Shown: positions 33,641 to 46,381, counted from the first letter of the whole stretch. The stretch is DNA of 62,961 nucleotides, filler included, from Globobulimina sp. (GCA_003354225.1; 34 parts of 34 records of this genome joined end to end with filler, not necessarily neighbours in it); one strand, 5' to 3'. A program made the numbers and translations. Notes: generated by a model not told the origin, from the sequence alone.

Positions 33641-35155
33641 TCAGTTAATATTTATTTTTTTAATATGATTCATAATTTTTAATTGATGTCCTTTTAATGT
33701 AATACCAATATTATTTAAGTCTTTCTGATCATTGATTTCTTGTAACATTCCAAGTGAATCAAAACCATTTTGTGCGAATATATCATAATATCTGCCCAAT
33801 CCAATCGAATCCAACCAGATTTTTACATCTTTGGCACCATCTTCATTCATATCATAATTAATTCCTTCATGATCAATAACATCATTTTCAACGCCCTCCA
33901 TATGTTCCTCATCATTACCAATTGTATATTTTTGTGTTTCTGTCGAGTCTTCAACAATAATATCATCGTCGCCATTACTGCCTAAATGCTTGGTGTTAAC
34001 AGCCATAATAATTTCATCGTCATTTTGCATTTCATCCGTTTTGTTAATCCCTATCACAATTTCACGACCAGTAATATCCATAATATCAATATTCGCAATT
34101 TCAACAATCTTGTTTACATTGCTTGCATTATTTGAATCAGAGTCTACTGCGATATTATTAATTACTGTTTTAATTTTAGCTGTTTCTCCTTTGAATTTAT
34201 AATAAATAATAACTGCAACAACGCCAAATATTAAACATATAACAATGACAACCATTACAATATACATACTATTATTTTTTTGCTTTGTCGCACTTCCAAT
34301 GGTTGTTGTCGATGCATATGTGGTCGGAATGTTGGTACTATAATTAACAGTTGCTTCTGTTGTTGGATTACGTGAAGGATATAATGTAGGCGTTGAACTT
34401 GGATAATTGGTCGGATTTGAACTTGGATAATTGGTCGGATTTGTACTCGGATAATTGGTTGGTGCCGCTGTAAAACCAGACCCAATGTCAATCACTAATA
34501 AATTATTGCCCATTTCATCTGCTCCAACCCCTCTGCTATTCGTATCATCATACCCTAATTGACCATAATTATTCCTGCCCCAACACTTCACTGCCTTACT
34601 GGTTGACACTGCACATGTATGGAAATATCCAGCTGCAATCCGAATTGCGTTAAAACCAATTCCCAAATCAATCTCTAATAGATTATCTGCCATTTCACCT
34701 GCTTCATCTCCTCTGTTATCCTTATCACCATATCCTAATGGACCATAACCATTCCTGCCCCAACATTTCACTGCATGGCTGGTCGACAATGCGCATGTGT
34801 GGAAATATCCTGCTACAATCTGTGTTGCATTAAAACCAATTCCCAAATCAATCTCTAATAAACTATTGCCCATTTCATCTGCTCCATCCCCTCTGTCGTT
34901 GGTATCACCATATCCTAATTGACCTTCACCATTATACCCCCAACACTTAACTGCATTGCTGATTGACAATGCACAGCTATGACGACCTCCTGTTACAATC
35001 TGTGTTACTTTAAAACCAGTCCCCAAGTCAATCACTAATAAACTATCTCCCATTTCATCTGCTTCATCTCCTCTGTCATTGGTATCACCATATCCCAATT
35101 GACCACCACCATTAGCCCCCCAACATTTCACTGCATGACTGGTAGACACTGCACA
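33641..35155 (-). CDS. RCC1-like repeat + Pro/Thr stalk + TM + SAM-domain protein, 5'-partial
   Basis: Exact 180-bp periodicity (HTCA...VKCWG.N..GQLG), PTNYPS repeats, a TM helix, and SAM VKIWLDSIGLGRYYDIFAQNGFD...IGITLKGHQLKIM. Confidence 0.88.
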   Translation of the reverse strand, partial: CAVSTSHAVKCWGANGGGQLGYGDTNDRGDEADEMGDSLLVIDLGTGFKVTQIVTGGRHSCALSISNAVKCWGYNGEGQLGYGDTNDRGDGADEMGNSLLEIDLGIGFNATQIVAGYFHTCALSTSHAVKCWGRNGYGPLGYGDKDNRGDEAGEMADNLLEIDLGIGFNAIRIAAGYFHTCAVSTSKAVKCWGRNNYGQLGYDDTNSRGVGADEMGNNLLVIDIGSGFTAAPTNYPSTNPTNYPSSNPTNYPSSTPTLYPSRNPTTEATVNYSTNIPTTYASTTTIGSATKQKNNSMYIVMVVIVICLIFGVVAVIIYYKFKGETAKIKTVINNIAVDSDSNNASNVNKIVEIANIDIMDITGREIVIGINKTDEMQNDDEIIMAVNTKHLGSNGDDDIIVEDSTETQKYTIGNDEEHMEGVENDVIDHEGINYDMNEDGAKDVKIWLDSIGLGRYYDIFAQNGFDSLGMLQEINDQKDLNNIGITLKGHQLKIMNHIKKININ

Positions 35156-35285
35156 NNNNNNNNNNNNNNNNNNNNNNNNNNNNNNNNNNNNNNNNNNNNT
35201 TAATTAATTAANNNNNNNNNNNNNNNNNNNNNNNNNNNNNNNNNNNNNNNNNNNNGGCTTCGATGGATTTGATGACCTTGAAAAC

Positions 35286-36431
35286 TCACCACGAAATAAA
35301 AGTTTTACGTTGGGCAGTGGATTCTACAAAAGGCTGTTCCTCGGCAACAAAAATACCAGAAGGAGTCGCGAATGCTAATGTGGGAGTGGGGGACTCGGAG
35401 ATAGCTATATCGGTAGGGGCTTCGGGTCCCGGAAGAGGAGGGTCACTATCTATAGTATACTCGAAGTCTACTCCAATTATACCTATTCCCCACTTGCTAT
35501 CCTTGCACATTGTAAACAATCCGCAGCCCCAACACATAAATATAATAATTAACAAATAGCATAAATATCTCAATAAATAATGCAAATCGCGTATTTTCCC
35601 ACATGTATCATATGACAATGGTGGCGGTAATGGTTTACATTGAGCCTCAATCCGATGATTATACGGCACGCGATGACGATTAATCTGCCATTCATTATTA
35701 GCTACAGTATTAATCTCCGATGCGTTATAATTAATATTATACGAGCACGGATTGGTTGTATTTATATTTTTAATTCTATTCATATTTAATATTTGATTAT
35801 AATTGTTATTAATTGGTGGGAATAAACACGCATTTTCCATATAAATGGTAGCTGTTTCATTATCATTGTTGCATTGAGTATGTTCAGTTGGTGCCGGGGG
35901 ATAATTATAAGCATTGTACTGAGTGTCATTAATATTTATATTACTATTTATTGTTTGGTTTTTATTGTGCGGACTTTCCCATTGATTTAATATACCGAAA
36001 AGTGGGAATTTAGGCTTTGATTTGAGTTTTTTGTGTGTTTTGGGGTCAATAATTAACAGATTCCATCGTTCATTGATGACAGAATAGTGCAATATGGGCG
36101 ATTTTAAACGTAAATGTGATTTAGAAAGTTTTTGTGCGGGTGATAATGATTTAGTTTTTGTATTACATTGAATCAGATCATGACCGATTTTCTGCCGTTT
36201 GCATGGTTTTGGGTTATCAATGTAATCACATTTAAAATTGAAGCTAACTTTGTGTTTGAAATTGCGAATATTTTGAGAATTATACTTTGTACCACGTAGT
36301 GCACGGTTCTTATTCGTATTCATTCTGCAGAATGTGGCCGGGTTGATGTGGTGTTTAATGATAACGGAGGACCGGTCACACGACATTGAGCTAAATGTTC
36401 GTTTTCGGCGCTTGTGGAGTTGGAGAGCCAT
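35286..36431 (-). CDS. Hypothetical basic/Asn-rich protein (3' end uncertain)
   Basis: 381-aa ORF from ATG. The last ~230 bp are compositionally different. Confidence 0.5.
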   Translation of the reverse strand: MALQLHKRRKRTFSSMSCDRSSVIIKHHINPATFCRMNTNKNRALRGTKYNSQNIRNFKHKVSFNFKCDYIDNPKPCKRQKIGHDLIQCNTKTKSLSPAQKLSKSHLRLKSPILHYSVINERWNLLIIDPKTHKKLKSKPKFPLFGILNQWESPHNKNQTINSNININDTQYNAYNYPPAPTEHTQCNNDNETATIYMENACLFPPINNNYNQILNMNRIKNINTTNPCSYNINYNASEINTVANNEWQINRHRVPYNHRIEAQCKPLPPPLSYDTCGKIRDLHYLLRYLCYLLIIIFMCWGCGLFTMCKDSKWGIGIIGVDFEYTIDSDPPLPGPEAPTDIAISESPTPTLAFATPSGIFVAEEQPFVESTAQRKTFISW

Positions 36432-36513
36432 TGTTTGTTGAAAGAATGTGATTGATATTTGATAGTTAGCTTGAAAAAACCAAGATCCTCATCACATTTG
36501 TGTTACTAAAAAA

Positions 36514-36898
36514 ATGCCATCTGCAACACGTGACCGTACGCAAGAATTCTTGGCAACAATCAGCACATTTCAACAATTCGATGGAATTTGCTCAATTGAG
36601 ACATTAAATGTGTCAGTTTGTGACAAAAACATTGACACATCACAAAAATATATTCAACAGTCACATCGCATTCATCGTTTAACTGTGGAAGTTGATGCAA
36701 ATATTAATGATGTGTCACAAAACAAATTAAAAAAAATTGAACAATGTTAAGTGAGCTTTCAAGTTTATGAATACGTGTAACAATATGCCACAATTCGTGT
36801 ATATACAGTAACCAAAGTAAGCAATAATTTAAATGACCGCCAATTAGAAATTAACGAATTGATTGTGAATGTAAATGAAGATTTACATCACATTGATC
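36514..36898 (+). CDS. STX5: Syntaxin-5/Sed5-like Qa-SNARE N-terminus, 3'-partial
   Basis: RDRTQEF Sly1-binding motif. Intron 36746-36808 gives KLKKIEQLTK...NDRQLEINELIVNVNEDL. Probable next donor at 36899. Confidence 0.7.
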
Positions 36899-37109
36899 GT
36901 ATTTTTAGCTATGATTTATATTTGATTGATGACATACCAAGGATTCATTGATGAATCATTGATGAAATAAAGATATAAAAAACGTTTTTGTGTTGGTTGA
37001 TGATTGGGANNNNNNNNNNNNNNNNNNNNNNNNNNNNNNNNNNNNNNNNNNNNTTAATTAATTAANNNNNNNNNNNNNNNNNNNNNNNNNNNNNNNNNNN
37101 NNNNNNNNN

Positions 37110-38323
37110 CTGTGTTTTCGGAAACGTTACTCATCCTCGACAACGAAAAATTTGCATATGAATAATATACTATTGCCGAAACAAAAATATAGTTACTTTG
37201 GAATGTTCCATCGAAAATAAAAAGTGGAACGTTTCTGGTTTTTCTGCTCGTTAGCACGGTGTACACACTTCTGAAAATGATGACAGATCGACTGCTATGA
37301 CCAGAAATAATTGGATTGAACTCATTCAAGAAAGTAAATATTTAGATACTGTAACAGAATTTGTGCATGAAGCATCACAATTAATGAGAATAACATTAAG
37401 GTACCCAATATACCCATTAAAATTGTACTGCAAATCTCCATCTTCAACTTGAACATAACACTATTTGATGATAAATCTGGTTCAAACATTTTGGATGTTC
37501 CATCAATTAAATTATAAATATTGATTGATTCATATCCTCTTTGATATATTTTTTCTTCTTCCTTATCAATTTTTGCTGCATCATATATTGTATCCAATGT
37601 AAAATTATATTGATTATTATTTATATCTTTATCCAATCTGTATGCCGCAATAAAATAACCGGAACACAAGCAACATACTAATGGCAATTCAATAACTTTT
37701 ATAGATTCATATATTGCTATATCTCGAACTGAGTGTAAATCATATTCATACCAAGAAAGTCCAGGTGTTGTCACAGACTGAATTGTATAATTATTATTGC
37801 TAAAATTAGCAAATATAATGGCATATGTACTGCGTTCCAATGACGACTCTAATGTTATAAAGGTTGTATATTCGGAATTAATAGTAAAATATCTAAAAAT
37901 TATATCACTTTCACTGTCGAATGGAATGGGATCGATGTTGAATTGTTTATTGTTTCTGGACATTGATATTGTTGCTGTACTATCATTGTTGTTTGTAATT
38001 GAAGATATTGACATATATGTTGTGTCTGTATCTCCTTGACTCCATTCACGTATTTTATCATTGCCATTATTATTATCTTGAGAATAATAATCATCACATT
38101 CCAATACATTACCAACAGAGCCATCCAATGTACTCATTTTTTTACAATAATAATTACTTCTTCCTTCAATATTTATTGTCAATAAAATATTATTTGTTTC
38201 ATTATTTAGCAATTGCAAATTGGTGATCTTCTTTGTCCCATCTTTTAGTAAAACAGGTGAACAGGACTCTGTAAAATAAACTAATATGAGTAAACCAAAT
38301 AGCAGCCTGCAAATATAAACCAT
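37110..38323 (-). CDS. Secreted/surface beta-rich protein, probably frameshifted near 3' end, partial
   Basis: Signal peptide MVYICRLLFGLLILVYFTES. Coding-like sequence continues in other frames after ~37460 and ~37330. Confidence 0.55.
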
Positions 38324-38376
38324 GACGAGTCAATAATATATTTTTTAGCTCAGACTTTTCTACATACAAATAAAGC

Positions 38377-38863
38377 ATGTCAAGTGTTGACACATATCAA
38401 GCAGGCACCGGTGAAGGTGATGATGAAAAGCAATCCATTCAAGATTGGATGATCAAAAATGGATTTAATTTGATGCAGGATACTTACAATAAATTGTCAG
38501 AAGAAGGGTTTCAAACAATGTATGCCATATATTCCACATGTTTTAATATTTAAATATACATAACATACGACACAAATAGCGAGCAATTAATGCGTCTTAA
38601 ACCAAACGAAATTAAACAAGAAGCCAAAGAAATGGGTATAAAATTAGCAGACAGATTAGCTCTCCGAGAAGCCAGACAAAAATTAGTTGTATCAGACAAG
38701 AAAAATTTTGTAGATCCAGAAGAGATTAAAATGATAAAATCAATAAATCTAAAAATTGAAACATTTGAAAATAATGTAAATAATATAAACGTAAAAGAAA
38801 AAAATATTGATAGTGAAAAAGAAAAAATTGAGTATGAAATAAATGATCAATTTAAAACATTCA
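38377..38863 (+). CDS. SAM-like domain + coiled-coil protein, 3'-partial
   Basis: Exon 1 MSSVDTYQAG...IQDWMIKNGF...LSEEGFQT, intron 38520-38579, exon 2 EQLMRLKPNEIKQEAKEMGIKLADRLAL. Confidence 0.6.
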
Positions 38864-39034
38864 NNNNNNNNNNNNNNNNNNNNNNNNNNNNNNNNNNNNN
38901 NNNNNNNTTAATTAATTAANNNNNNNNNNNNNNNNNNNNNNNNNNNNNNNNNNNNNNNNNNNNTTTTAATTCTTAAACTTCTTCTTAATCAACTTTGAGT
39001 ATTACATAAACAAAAAACATCTTCTTCATTTTAC

Positions 39035-40717
39035 ATGTCAAACCCCATGGATACAATAAAAATAGAAACTACCTCTGCCAATGCAACACAACAAAGTCTA
39101 CAATTACAACAATCCAATGTTACCAATAATAATGGTAATAATGTTGCTGTGCTAAAGCCAGAAATTAAGACGGAAAACGTATCGCAGTCTGTCAACAATA
39201 CCATCAGTACACTCAACACAGGCATAGTCCATACAGAAACATCTCAACTCCAACCAATTGCAACAAATAACATAAACAACACTCGCAAACGGTCGCGTGA
39301 CATTTTTAATGAGCAATCAAACACCAATACGACTCCAAGTAATACGAATACGAATACAAATACAAATACAAACACACCCAGCAATGAAGAAGTTGTATTA
39401 AATGTTTGTGTGGCCAATAATCCGCAGCCTCCGGCAAAGAAAATGAAAATATCAACCATACCACATCCTAATTCAGGTTTGTTTGTTACGTGCAAGGATA
39501 TAATGAATACGCTTAATCGCAAACAAACAGACGCCTTTGATGAGAATCCATACCCTCCGCTAAACACTAACAACAATAATAATAATAATAACAACAATAA
39601 TAACACTGATTATTTCAATATGAAAGGTCAGGTACTTAGTCGTAACAGAGGTGATCTAAAGCGTTATTTAAACACAATGGATGAGGATGTATTGAAAAAT
39701 GATTTGTTGCCCAAATTATGCGAAAAGCATCAAAATTTATTGCAAGCAATACGCAATAAAATGGCTACAAATACCATTTTATGTAAAATATTTATACGGT
39801 CCCTTTCCTACGACACCAAAGATAAAACTGTCTATGATATGTTTACACAATTTGGCAACGTCAAAGAAGCGGTCATTGTCAAAGACCGACAAACCGGAAA
39901 ATCGAGAGTATGTGCATACCATTTCTATAATATTACTATTAATATTAATTCATTATCATTGGGAAAAGGTTTGTAAACCATATCTTTATCCTATTCACAG
40001 TTGAAAATCACTTTGTTTTCTGCTTTTTTTTGCATTTTTTATTGTTTTTGCATTTTAGGTTGACATTAAGTTTAAGTTTGTTGTTGAATGTAAAACAAAG
40101 AGTGTTGACATCACCATTTACCATTTGCTATATATGTATATGTAATATATGTGACCGTGACCTGATAGATATGTTTTATATTTTCATTATGTTTTGATTT
40201 CAAAAAAGATATGGACCAAACTCAAAAAAGCAACACTCCGAACCATAGACCATTTTGTAACGACTTTGTGCCCAATGATACTGAATTAATATATGACGAT
40301 TCCCTTTTATTTGATAGATATAATAATTTGATACATGCCACAAATTTAAACAGGGTTTTGGATTTATAACAATGTCGAATGCGTCAGAAGCGCAGTCCGC
40401 ATTGCTGGAGCATAGGAAAATGATTGATGGCCGCGAGGCTATTTGCAATTTGGCGTCAAAGCCGCAAGGACAGAAAACCAGTGCATTGAAATCCAAACGC
40501 GACGATTTCCACTCACCGCATCATCCCAGACCGAAACGTAGTGATTCTCATTCTATCACTATGCAATCACATGACAATATCAATAGATATGCACCACCGA
40601 CCCACACACATTCCCACATTGCCCAAAGAATGGTGGCGCCTCCACCGCCGCCCACTACATATACCTATCCACCCACTGCCTATTCATATGATTATAACCA
40701 ACATAATACCATCAATC
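39035..40717 (+). CDS. RRM RNA-binding protein, 3'-partial
   Basis: RNP2 KIFIRSL. Intron 39908-40353 splits RNP1 (KSR/GFGFITM). Asn/Thr-rich N-terminus. Confidence 0.88.
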
Positions 40718-41198
40718 NNNNNNNNNNNNNNNNNNNNNNNNNNNNNNNNNNNNNNNNNNNNTTAATTAATTAANNNNNNNNNNNNNNNNNNNNNNNNNNN
40801 NNNNNNNNNNNNNNNNNTGCAATTATGGGAAAGTAATACTGTACATAGCAGTCACATAGAAACGTAATTGTGATTTTAGCCGCGATCATTCAACTTATAT
40901 TTTCACTCAAATCCAGACTGAACTCCGGAAAACACATGTCATATCCTCACAGAATTATTCATGCAATCTGCGACTGCGAGTCTGTAATCGGATATGTAAT
41001 CGACGCATTTTAGAAATTACATTCTTTTGTACATGTAATTAAATCAAATATTTTCAATACAACGTCATTGTTTAGCATGCAAGCATATATTATTAAATCA
41101 TAATCTGGTATTTTATTTATCTTGATCTCATTACTTCGTACGTATCATTACTTCAATTCAATTCAATTAAATTAAAGCTGGACACAACAGAAACAACA

Positions 41199-42571
41199 GT
41201 GAGCGATGCAGATGAAAGTGAATGCTCATCGCTTGGGACTGCTTACTCTGTGACGTTGGAACGAAATACTCCTCAATCTGATGAGTGTGATAATGTTTTA
41301 CCACCTTTTCGAAGGAAATCACGAAATATTGCCAGAATGCAACACGCGAATAGCGAGGATGAAGAAAAAAGCGACCACAATCCATTAGCTGTTCGATACT
41401 CGAGCTGCAGTTCTAATGTTCACGCAACTCTTTGGAGACTTGTTTTGTTGCTGGAAACTGTTCTCAGTGTTTACATGTTGATATATTCACATCGGAATAG
41501 TACGACAATGTTATTCCTTTTATTTGCAATTTATCCCATTTTATCATACTATCTGCTCTCAATAATATTGTACAAAATAATTAAGAAGAAATTCGAAAGC
41601 AAGTATTTTGATATAAACTCCATTTTATCCACAATATCGTATTTCGTATTATGTCCAATAGTTTGCATATTTGCAGATATTTACTTATTTGCTTGTTATT
41701 GCTCCTCCGATCTATCACAAAGTCGATATATGTCTTTTTATTTGAATGCAAAAATATTTACCTGGACTTTGTGCGCATCGCTCCCAATATTAATCACAAC
41801 GATTTATATTTATTTTACTCACAACAATGAAACAGAATTAGTGCTTTTCATCACATTTTGTTTGACATTCACTTATCACATTATTTCAATATATGCAGAA
41901 ACACAAACAACTGACTTGTGCTTCACGCAACATATTAGGCGTTACTTTTTATTGCAAGACACAATTTTGCCATATAAAGAAGCGATAATTAGCAACAGAA
42001 TCTGCGATCTACGCATCCATGAACCATTAACGCATTTAGAATGGCAAAAGTTAGCGGATCTATGCGAGACAAATCAATCCATCCAATCCTTTAATATCTC
42101 ATATCAGACCATACCGCATTATTTATTTCAAATTGTATTCAAATCATTGATAACCAACAACTTAACTGAAATATACCTCGTTGATTGCAACCTCTTTGCG
42201 CCCATAGCTGAGTTAAATAAAAGGAACGTCCGATTGTCCGCAATAGTGACCTCGAGCTCATTTGATATCGATGCTTATAATGATCCGGATTTAGTTGTCA
42301 ATAAAATGGAGGAAGTTGGCGAAATAAGAAAGGTAAAATGTGCATTATTGCAACTATTTGGTGCGGGATCATTACGCGTAATAAATATACGCGGAAACTG
42401 TATCTCCGGATTGCTCGATGAAATGATTAATGGTATTATTTTGAATAAAGCGTTGCGACGGTTATCTTTGGGAAATAACGGGCTATTCGTTTCTGGTCTG
42501 ACTGAAGAAAGTGTGACCAAATTATTCCAAAACTGCAAACATTTACAATACCTGGATTTGAGTGAAAATAA
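41199..42571 (+). CDS. Multi-pass membrane protein with C-terminal RNI-like leucine-rich repeats, partial
   Basis: About 5 hydrophobic helices followed by LRVINIRGNCI, LRRLSLGNNGL and LQYLDLSEN. Confidence 0.7.
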
Positions 42572-42672
42572 NNNNNNNNNNNNNNNNNNNNNNNNNNNNN
42601 NNNNNNNNNNNNNNNTTAATTAATTAANNNNNNNNNNNNNNNNNNNNNNNNNNNNNNNNNNNNNNNNNNNNT

Positions 42673-44425
42673 ATTGTCCATCACATGCAATCAACGCATG
42701 TAATATCAAGTGCAATGCTGATAATTATCAAGTATGTTATAATATGGATATATATGCGAATAACTCCTTCGTGCAACATTATCTAAACCTCGATTGTGGA
42801 AACAACAGTGATCAGTATGGATGTACATATACTACATTAAATTGTGAGTTGTCATCTGTCCAAAGCACACTCAAAACAGCAGTTGATTTATATTTCGACG
42901 CAACAGAATCAGAATGGGAATGCGAACATAAATTAGATACTTATTGTTGTCCGTGGTTGAATACAGAACCTGTTGAATGTGGGGTAGGTTCTTCGTGTTA
43001 TGTCGATTGTAGCAGCAGTGACTGTGCTGGCGTTATTGTCAATGCATCCATGGCGCAGTCACTGTCCATATCCTGTGGGATAAATCAATGTTATTCCAGT
43101 ACTGTATATTGCCCACATAATAGTGACTGTTCTATACGTTGCTATGGGCAAAATTCGTGCAAATATATGACTGTATATGGCAATAATTCGCGTATGGTAC
43201 AGGTAGATTGTTCAGTGTTTGACAGTGGATGTTCTGAGATGAATATATTTGTAATGAATGCAATGGAATTTATGTTTAATGCGCAAGGTGGACAGTCCAA
43301 TGATGTGAATGTGTATGCAGACAATGCAAGCTCTGTGGTGCTGCAATGTCGAGGCGAGTATGCCTGTTATTTTATGAATGTGTATGCTGATAATGTTGAT
43401 AGTATATCAATTGATGCTTGATATAATTGTTAAGTAAAGTCCTCACAATTGAATAATTTTGTAAACTGAAAATACTTAATTTAGATGGTTTTGCGCAAGG
43501 ACTGTTTCGAGCACAATATGCAGATTCAGTGAGTATAAGATGTGCCTCACAGAATTATGAATATGGCTGTTCTTCAAATGATTGGTATTTACCAGATTTT
43601 GGTTCGAATACAGAAATAAATTGCTATGGTTATGGTTGTAATGATTTTGGTAATATTTATATTGTATATTCTATGCGATATCTAACTGTAAATGTGGTTG
43701 GATGTTCTGAGTGTAGTTCCGGATCGATTTGCATTGGAGATTGGACAATTTATTGTAAAACAACATCATTACCAACAGATCCTTATGGTTATTCAGCAAC
43801 ATTTTATGGTTCAAGTTGTAGCGGCGACTGTGATTGCGACGCATTTGTGGATAATGTATTTTTTACTGACGATGACACCGATTCGCAATGTATTATGACT
43901 GTTGTAAATGATAATGATTCTCCAATATCGTCATCTGTGGCAGCTATTGTTGTCGCAGTATTTGTTGCATTGTTCTGTGTTTGTTTTATTATGGTTTGTA
44001 TTTGTCGATTAAGTCAACGACGCTATGGTGCTTGGGGTCGTACTAATTATATTGCGCCAGTTCCTGGCATACAGCCTGCTGTGAGCCAACCAAGTAAAGT
44101 CATACAACCACAGCAACGACAACCAATACCGGTGATAATGATGGCACCGCAACAACAACAACAAGCTATGCCCGTAGTTATGATGGCTCCGCAACAACAA
44201 CAAATACGATATGTTCCAGTGCAACAAGTTCAAGTACCAGCACAACAAAACAATGTACAATATGTTCCAGCACAGCAACGCAATGTTCAATATGCTGCAG
44301 CACAGCCATATAATCCAAATGTGAATGTAGTACATGCCGCACCATATAATCCATCAGCGCCCGCACAACCGGGTTATGATGAAATGGAGCAAGCGTCGGC
44401 ACCGCCAGCTTATAATCAAGTCGGT
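42673..44425 (+). CDS. Cys-rich repeat single-pass membrane protein with Gln/Pro-rich tail, partial; possible internal TGA
   Basis: Same repeat family as 31623. An intron ends at 43484. TM VAAIVVAVFVALFCVCFIMVCIC and C-terminal APPAY. Confidence 0.75.
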
Positions 44426-44764
44426 NNNNNNNNNNNNNNNNNNNNNNNNNNNNNNNNNNNNNNNNNNNNTTAATTAATTAANNNNNNNNNNNNNNNNNNN
44501 NNNNNNNNNNNNNNNNNNNNNNNNNAATAATTCCATAAATTGAATATGAGAAATATGTTTGCCATCTTTATGCATTTGAATGCATCTTATTCTATGTTGT
44601 TCTTGTTTGGCTTTCATGTGACTCCTGATTGGCATAATAATCTTTATTGCCCCATCAGCTATTAATGAAATCATTGTTATTTTAAAACAACAAGGAATGA
44701 ATGTTATTATCATAGTAAGTATTGTAACTTAATTAAATATACAACATTCGACACGGATAATTAT

Positions 44765-45634
44765 ATGGAAACGGTTTATCGAATGGGCCGAAATTGTTTA
44801 AATGTGTTAGAGCTCATTTTTACATCGCAAAATCAAATAAAACCTACACATTTTAGGATATTCAAATCAATATTATTGAATATACACAATTTTAAAGATA
44901 AATACCCAAAAATAAATTTTATTGATGTAAGTAATCAAGGATTTGAGCGTAATATGGTTTATGTTGGAAATATGATAACAAAATATTTGCAACAAATAGA
45001 TCAAGAAGCAACACCTCAAAAATTATTAGCAATATTTCATCATATTGCACACAATGAAATTGTCGCTAATGATATTCTTAAAATAGCACAACAAAAAAAA
45101 CAACAATTAATAAATGATGAACAAGAGCAAAGGATGATGCATGATGCATTGAATAATGTTATTGAGGAAGCTATTGATGACAATGAGGAAGAAGCTATTG
45201 ATGACAATGAGGAAATTGCAAACGGAGAGGACAATGAGGAAGCTATTGATGAACAGAAACATAATGAAAATGAGGAAAATGAGGAAGATGACATTGATAT
45301 TGAATTAAAACAGAGATCACAAAATACATTAAAATATTGCCGAAAAAGTAAAAGAAAAGGAAATTTATGTTTAGATTCTGTCGTTGATGATTGTGATTGT
45401 TGTAATTGCTGTAAATGCGTTATTAAATATGATGACACAGATTATTGTTTAGATTGTCAAACTGTTGCTGTACGCGACGAAATTAAATTGATTCAATATA
45501 TCTATGAATATAACAATACACCATATTTAGCACAAGAATATATTGACAAAATTAATATTTTTATTAGTAAATGGACTTTAGCAACAAATAGGGAATGTGA
45601 CATGGATATGGATTATTTAGATGATGCTGAATAA
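44765..45634 (+). CDS. Hypothetical protein with acidic repeats and a Cys cluster
   Basis: Complete intronless 289-aa ORF with EEAIDDN repeats and CDCCNCCKC...CLDC. Confidence 0.6.
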   Translation: METVYRMGRNCLNVLELIFTSQNQIKPTHFRIFKSILLNIHNFKDKYPKINFIDVSNQGFERNMVYVGNMITKYLQQIDQEATPQKLLAIFHHIAHNEIVANDILKIAQQKKQQLINDEQEQRMMHDALNNVIEEAIDDNEEEAIDDNEEIANGEDNEEAIDEQKHNENEENEEDDIDIELKQRSQNTLKYCRKSKRKGNLCLDSVVDDCDCCNCCKCVIKYDDTDYCLDCQTVAVRDEIKLIQYIYEYNNTPYLAQEYIDKINIFISKWTLATNRECDMDMDYLDDAE

Positions 45635-45925
45635 ATAAATGACACTTATTTAATGATTAAATGACATTTGAGAACTTTCTTTGGGAGGATAGATATTAAG
45701 AGTTCGTTCCAAAAATAAATTAACAAAAAATAATAAAAAAATTTCAACTCTTGTGTTGATGCATTAATTCTATATCAACAATTTTAAATCACAGATATCG
45801 AAACAAAAAGTTCTCAGCTACGTAGTAGCAAAGGCAGAGTTCCATTGCAGTCAATTAATCGAAATGTAAACAATGAGAATGGAGCATATAAACAAGTGAA
45901 TGTACATAGGATCTTTATAAAAATG

Positions 45926-46279
45926 GGTCAGCGAATTATTATATTAATGCATGGATTAATAAGATCTGTTATCATCGACACAATCACACGAATCCCAAAT
46001 AAAAAACAGTATGGAATTCATTTTACAATAAATAATAAATATTGCAATGCTAACTATGATAATTTTGATATTGTTTTAATGGCGCACGGTGATCATATAA
46101 TTTATAAATCAAAAGGATATGAAATTATTCATATAGGTCTGGATTGTATTGAATGCATTATCAGTGACAGCATGGAACAGGAAAAGATAATATTTCCTTG
46201 TGATGACTGGGGAGTTTTTTATAATGACTGCAAAATTGTAAGGAATGATAGATTGGTTGCGGAGTCAAAAAAAACTATG
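45926..46279 (+). CDS. Hypothetical protein, 3'-partial
   Basis: Open frame running to the contig edge. The start codon is uncertain (ATG near 45922). Confidence 0.4.
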
Positions 46280-46381
46280 NNNNNNNNNNNNNNNNNNNNN
46301 NNNNNNNNNNNNNNNNNNNNNNNTTAATTAATTAANNNNNNNNNNNNNNNNNNNNNNNNNNNNNNNNNNNNNNNNNNNNAC

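Noticed and set aside
34383-34460. 24-bp tandem repeats, plus AAT/AATACA runs at 39341-39605
   Set aside because: These are coding low-complexity sequence (PTNYPS stalk, poly-Asn/Thr) with no spacers.
36899-36951. Syntaxin-5 truncated before its SNARE domain
   Set aside because: A plausible donor (GTATTT at 36899) precedes the stop and the contig ends, so the gene is probably just partial.
43419-43421. Selenocysteine codon
   Set aside because: The position does not correspond to a Cys in the neighbouring repeats, and no SECIS can be assessed because the 3' end is missing.
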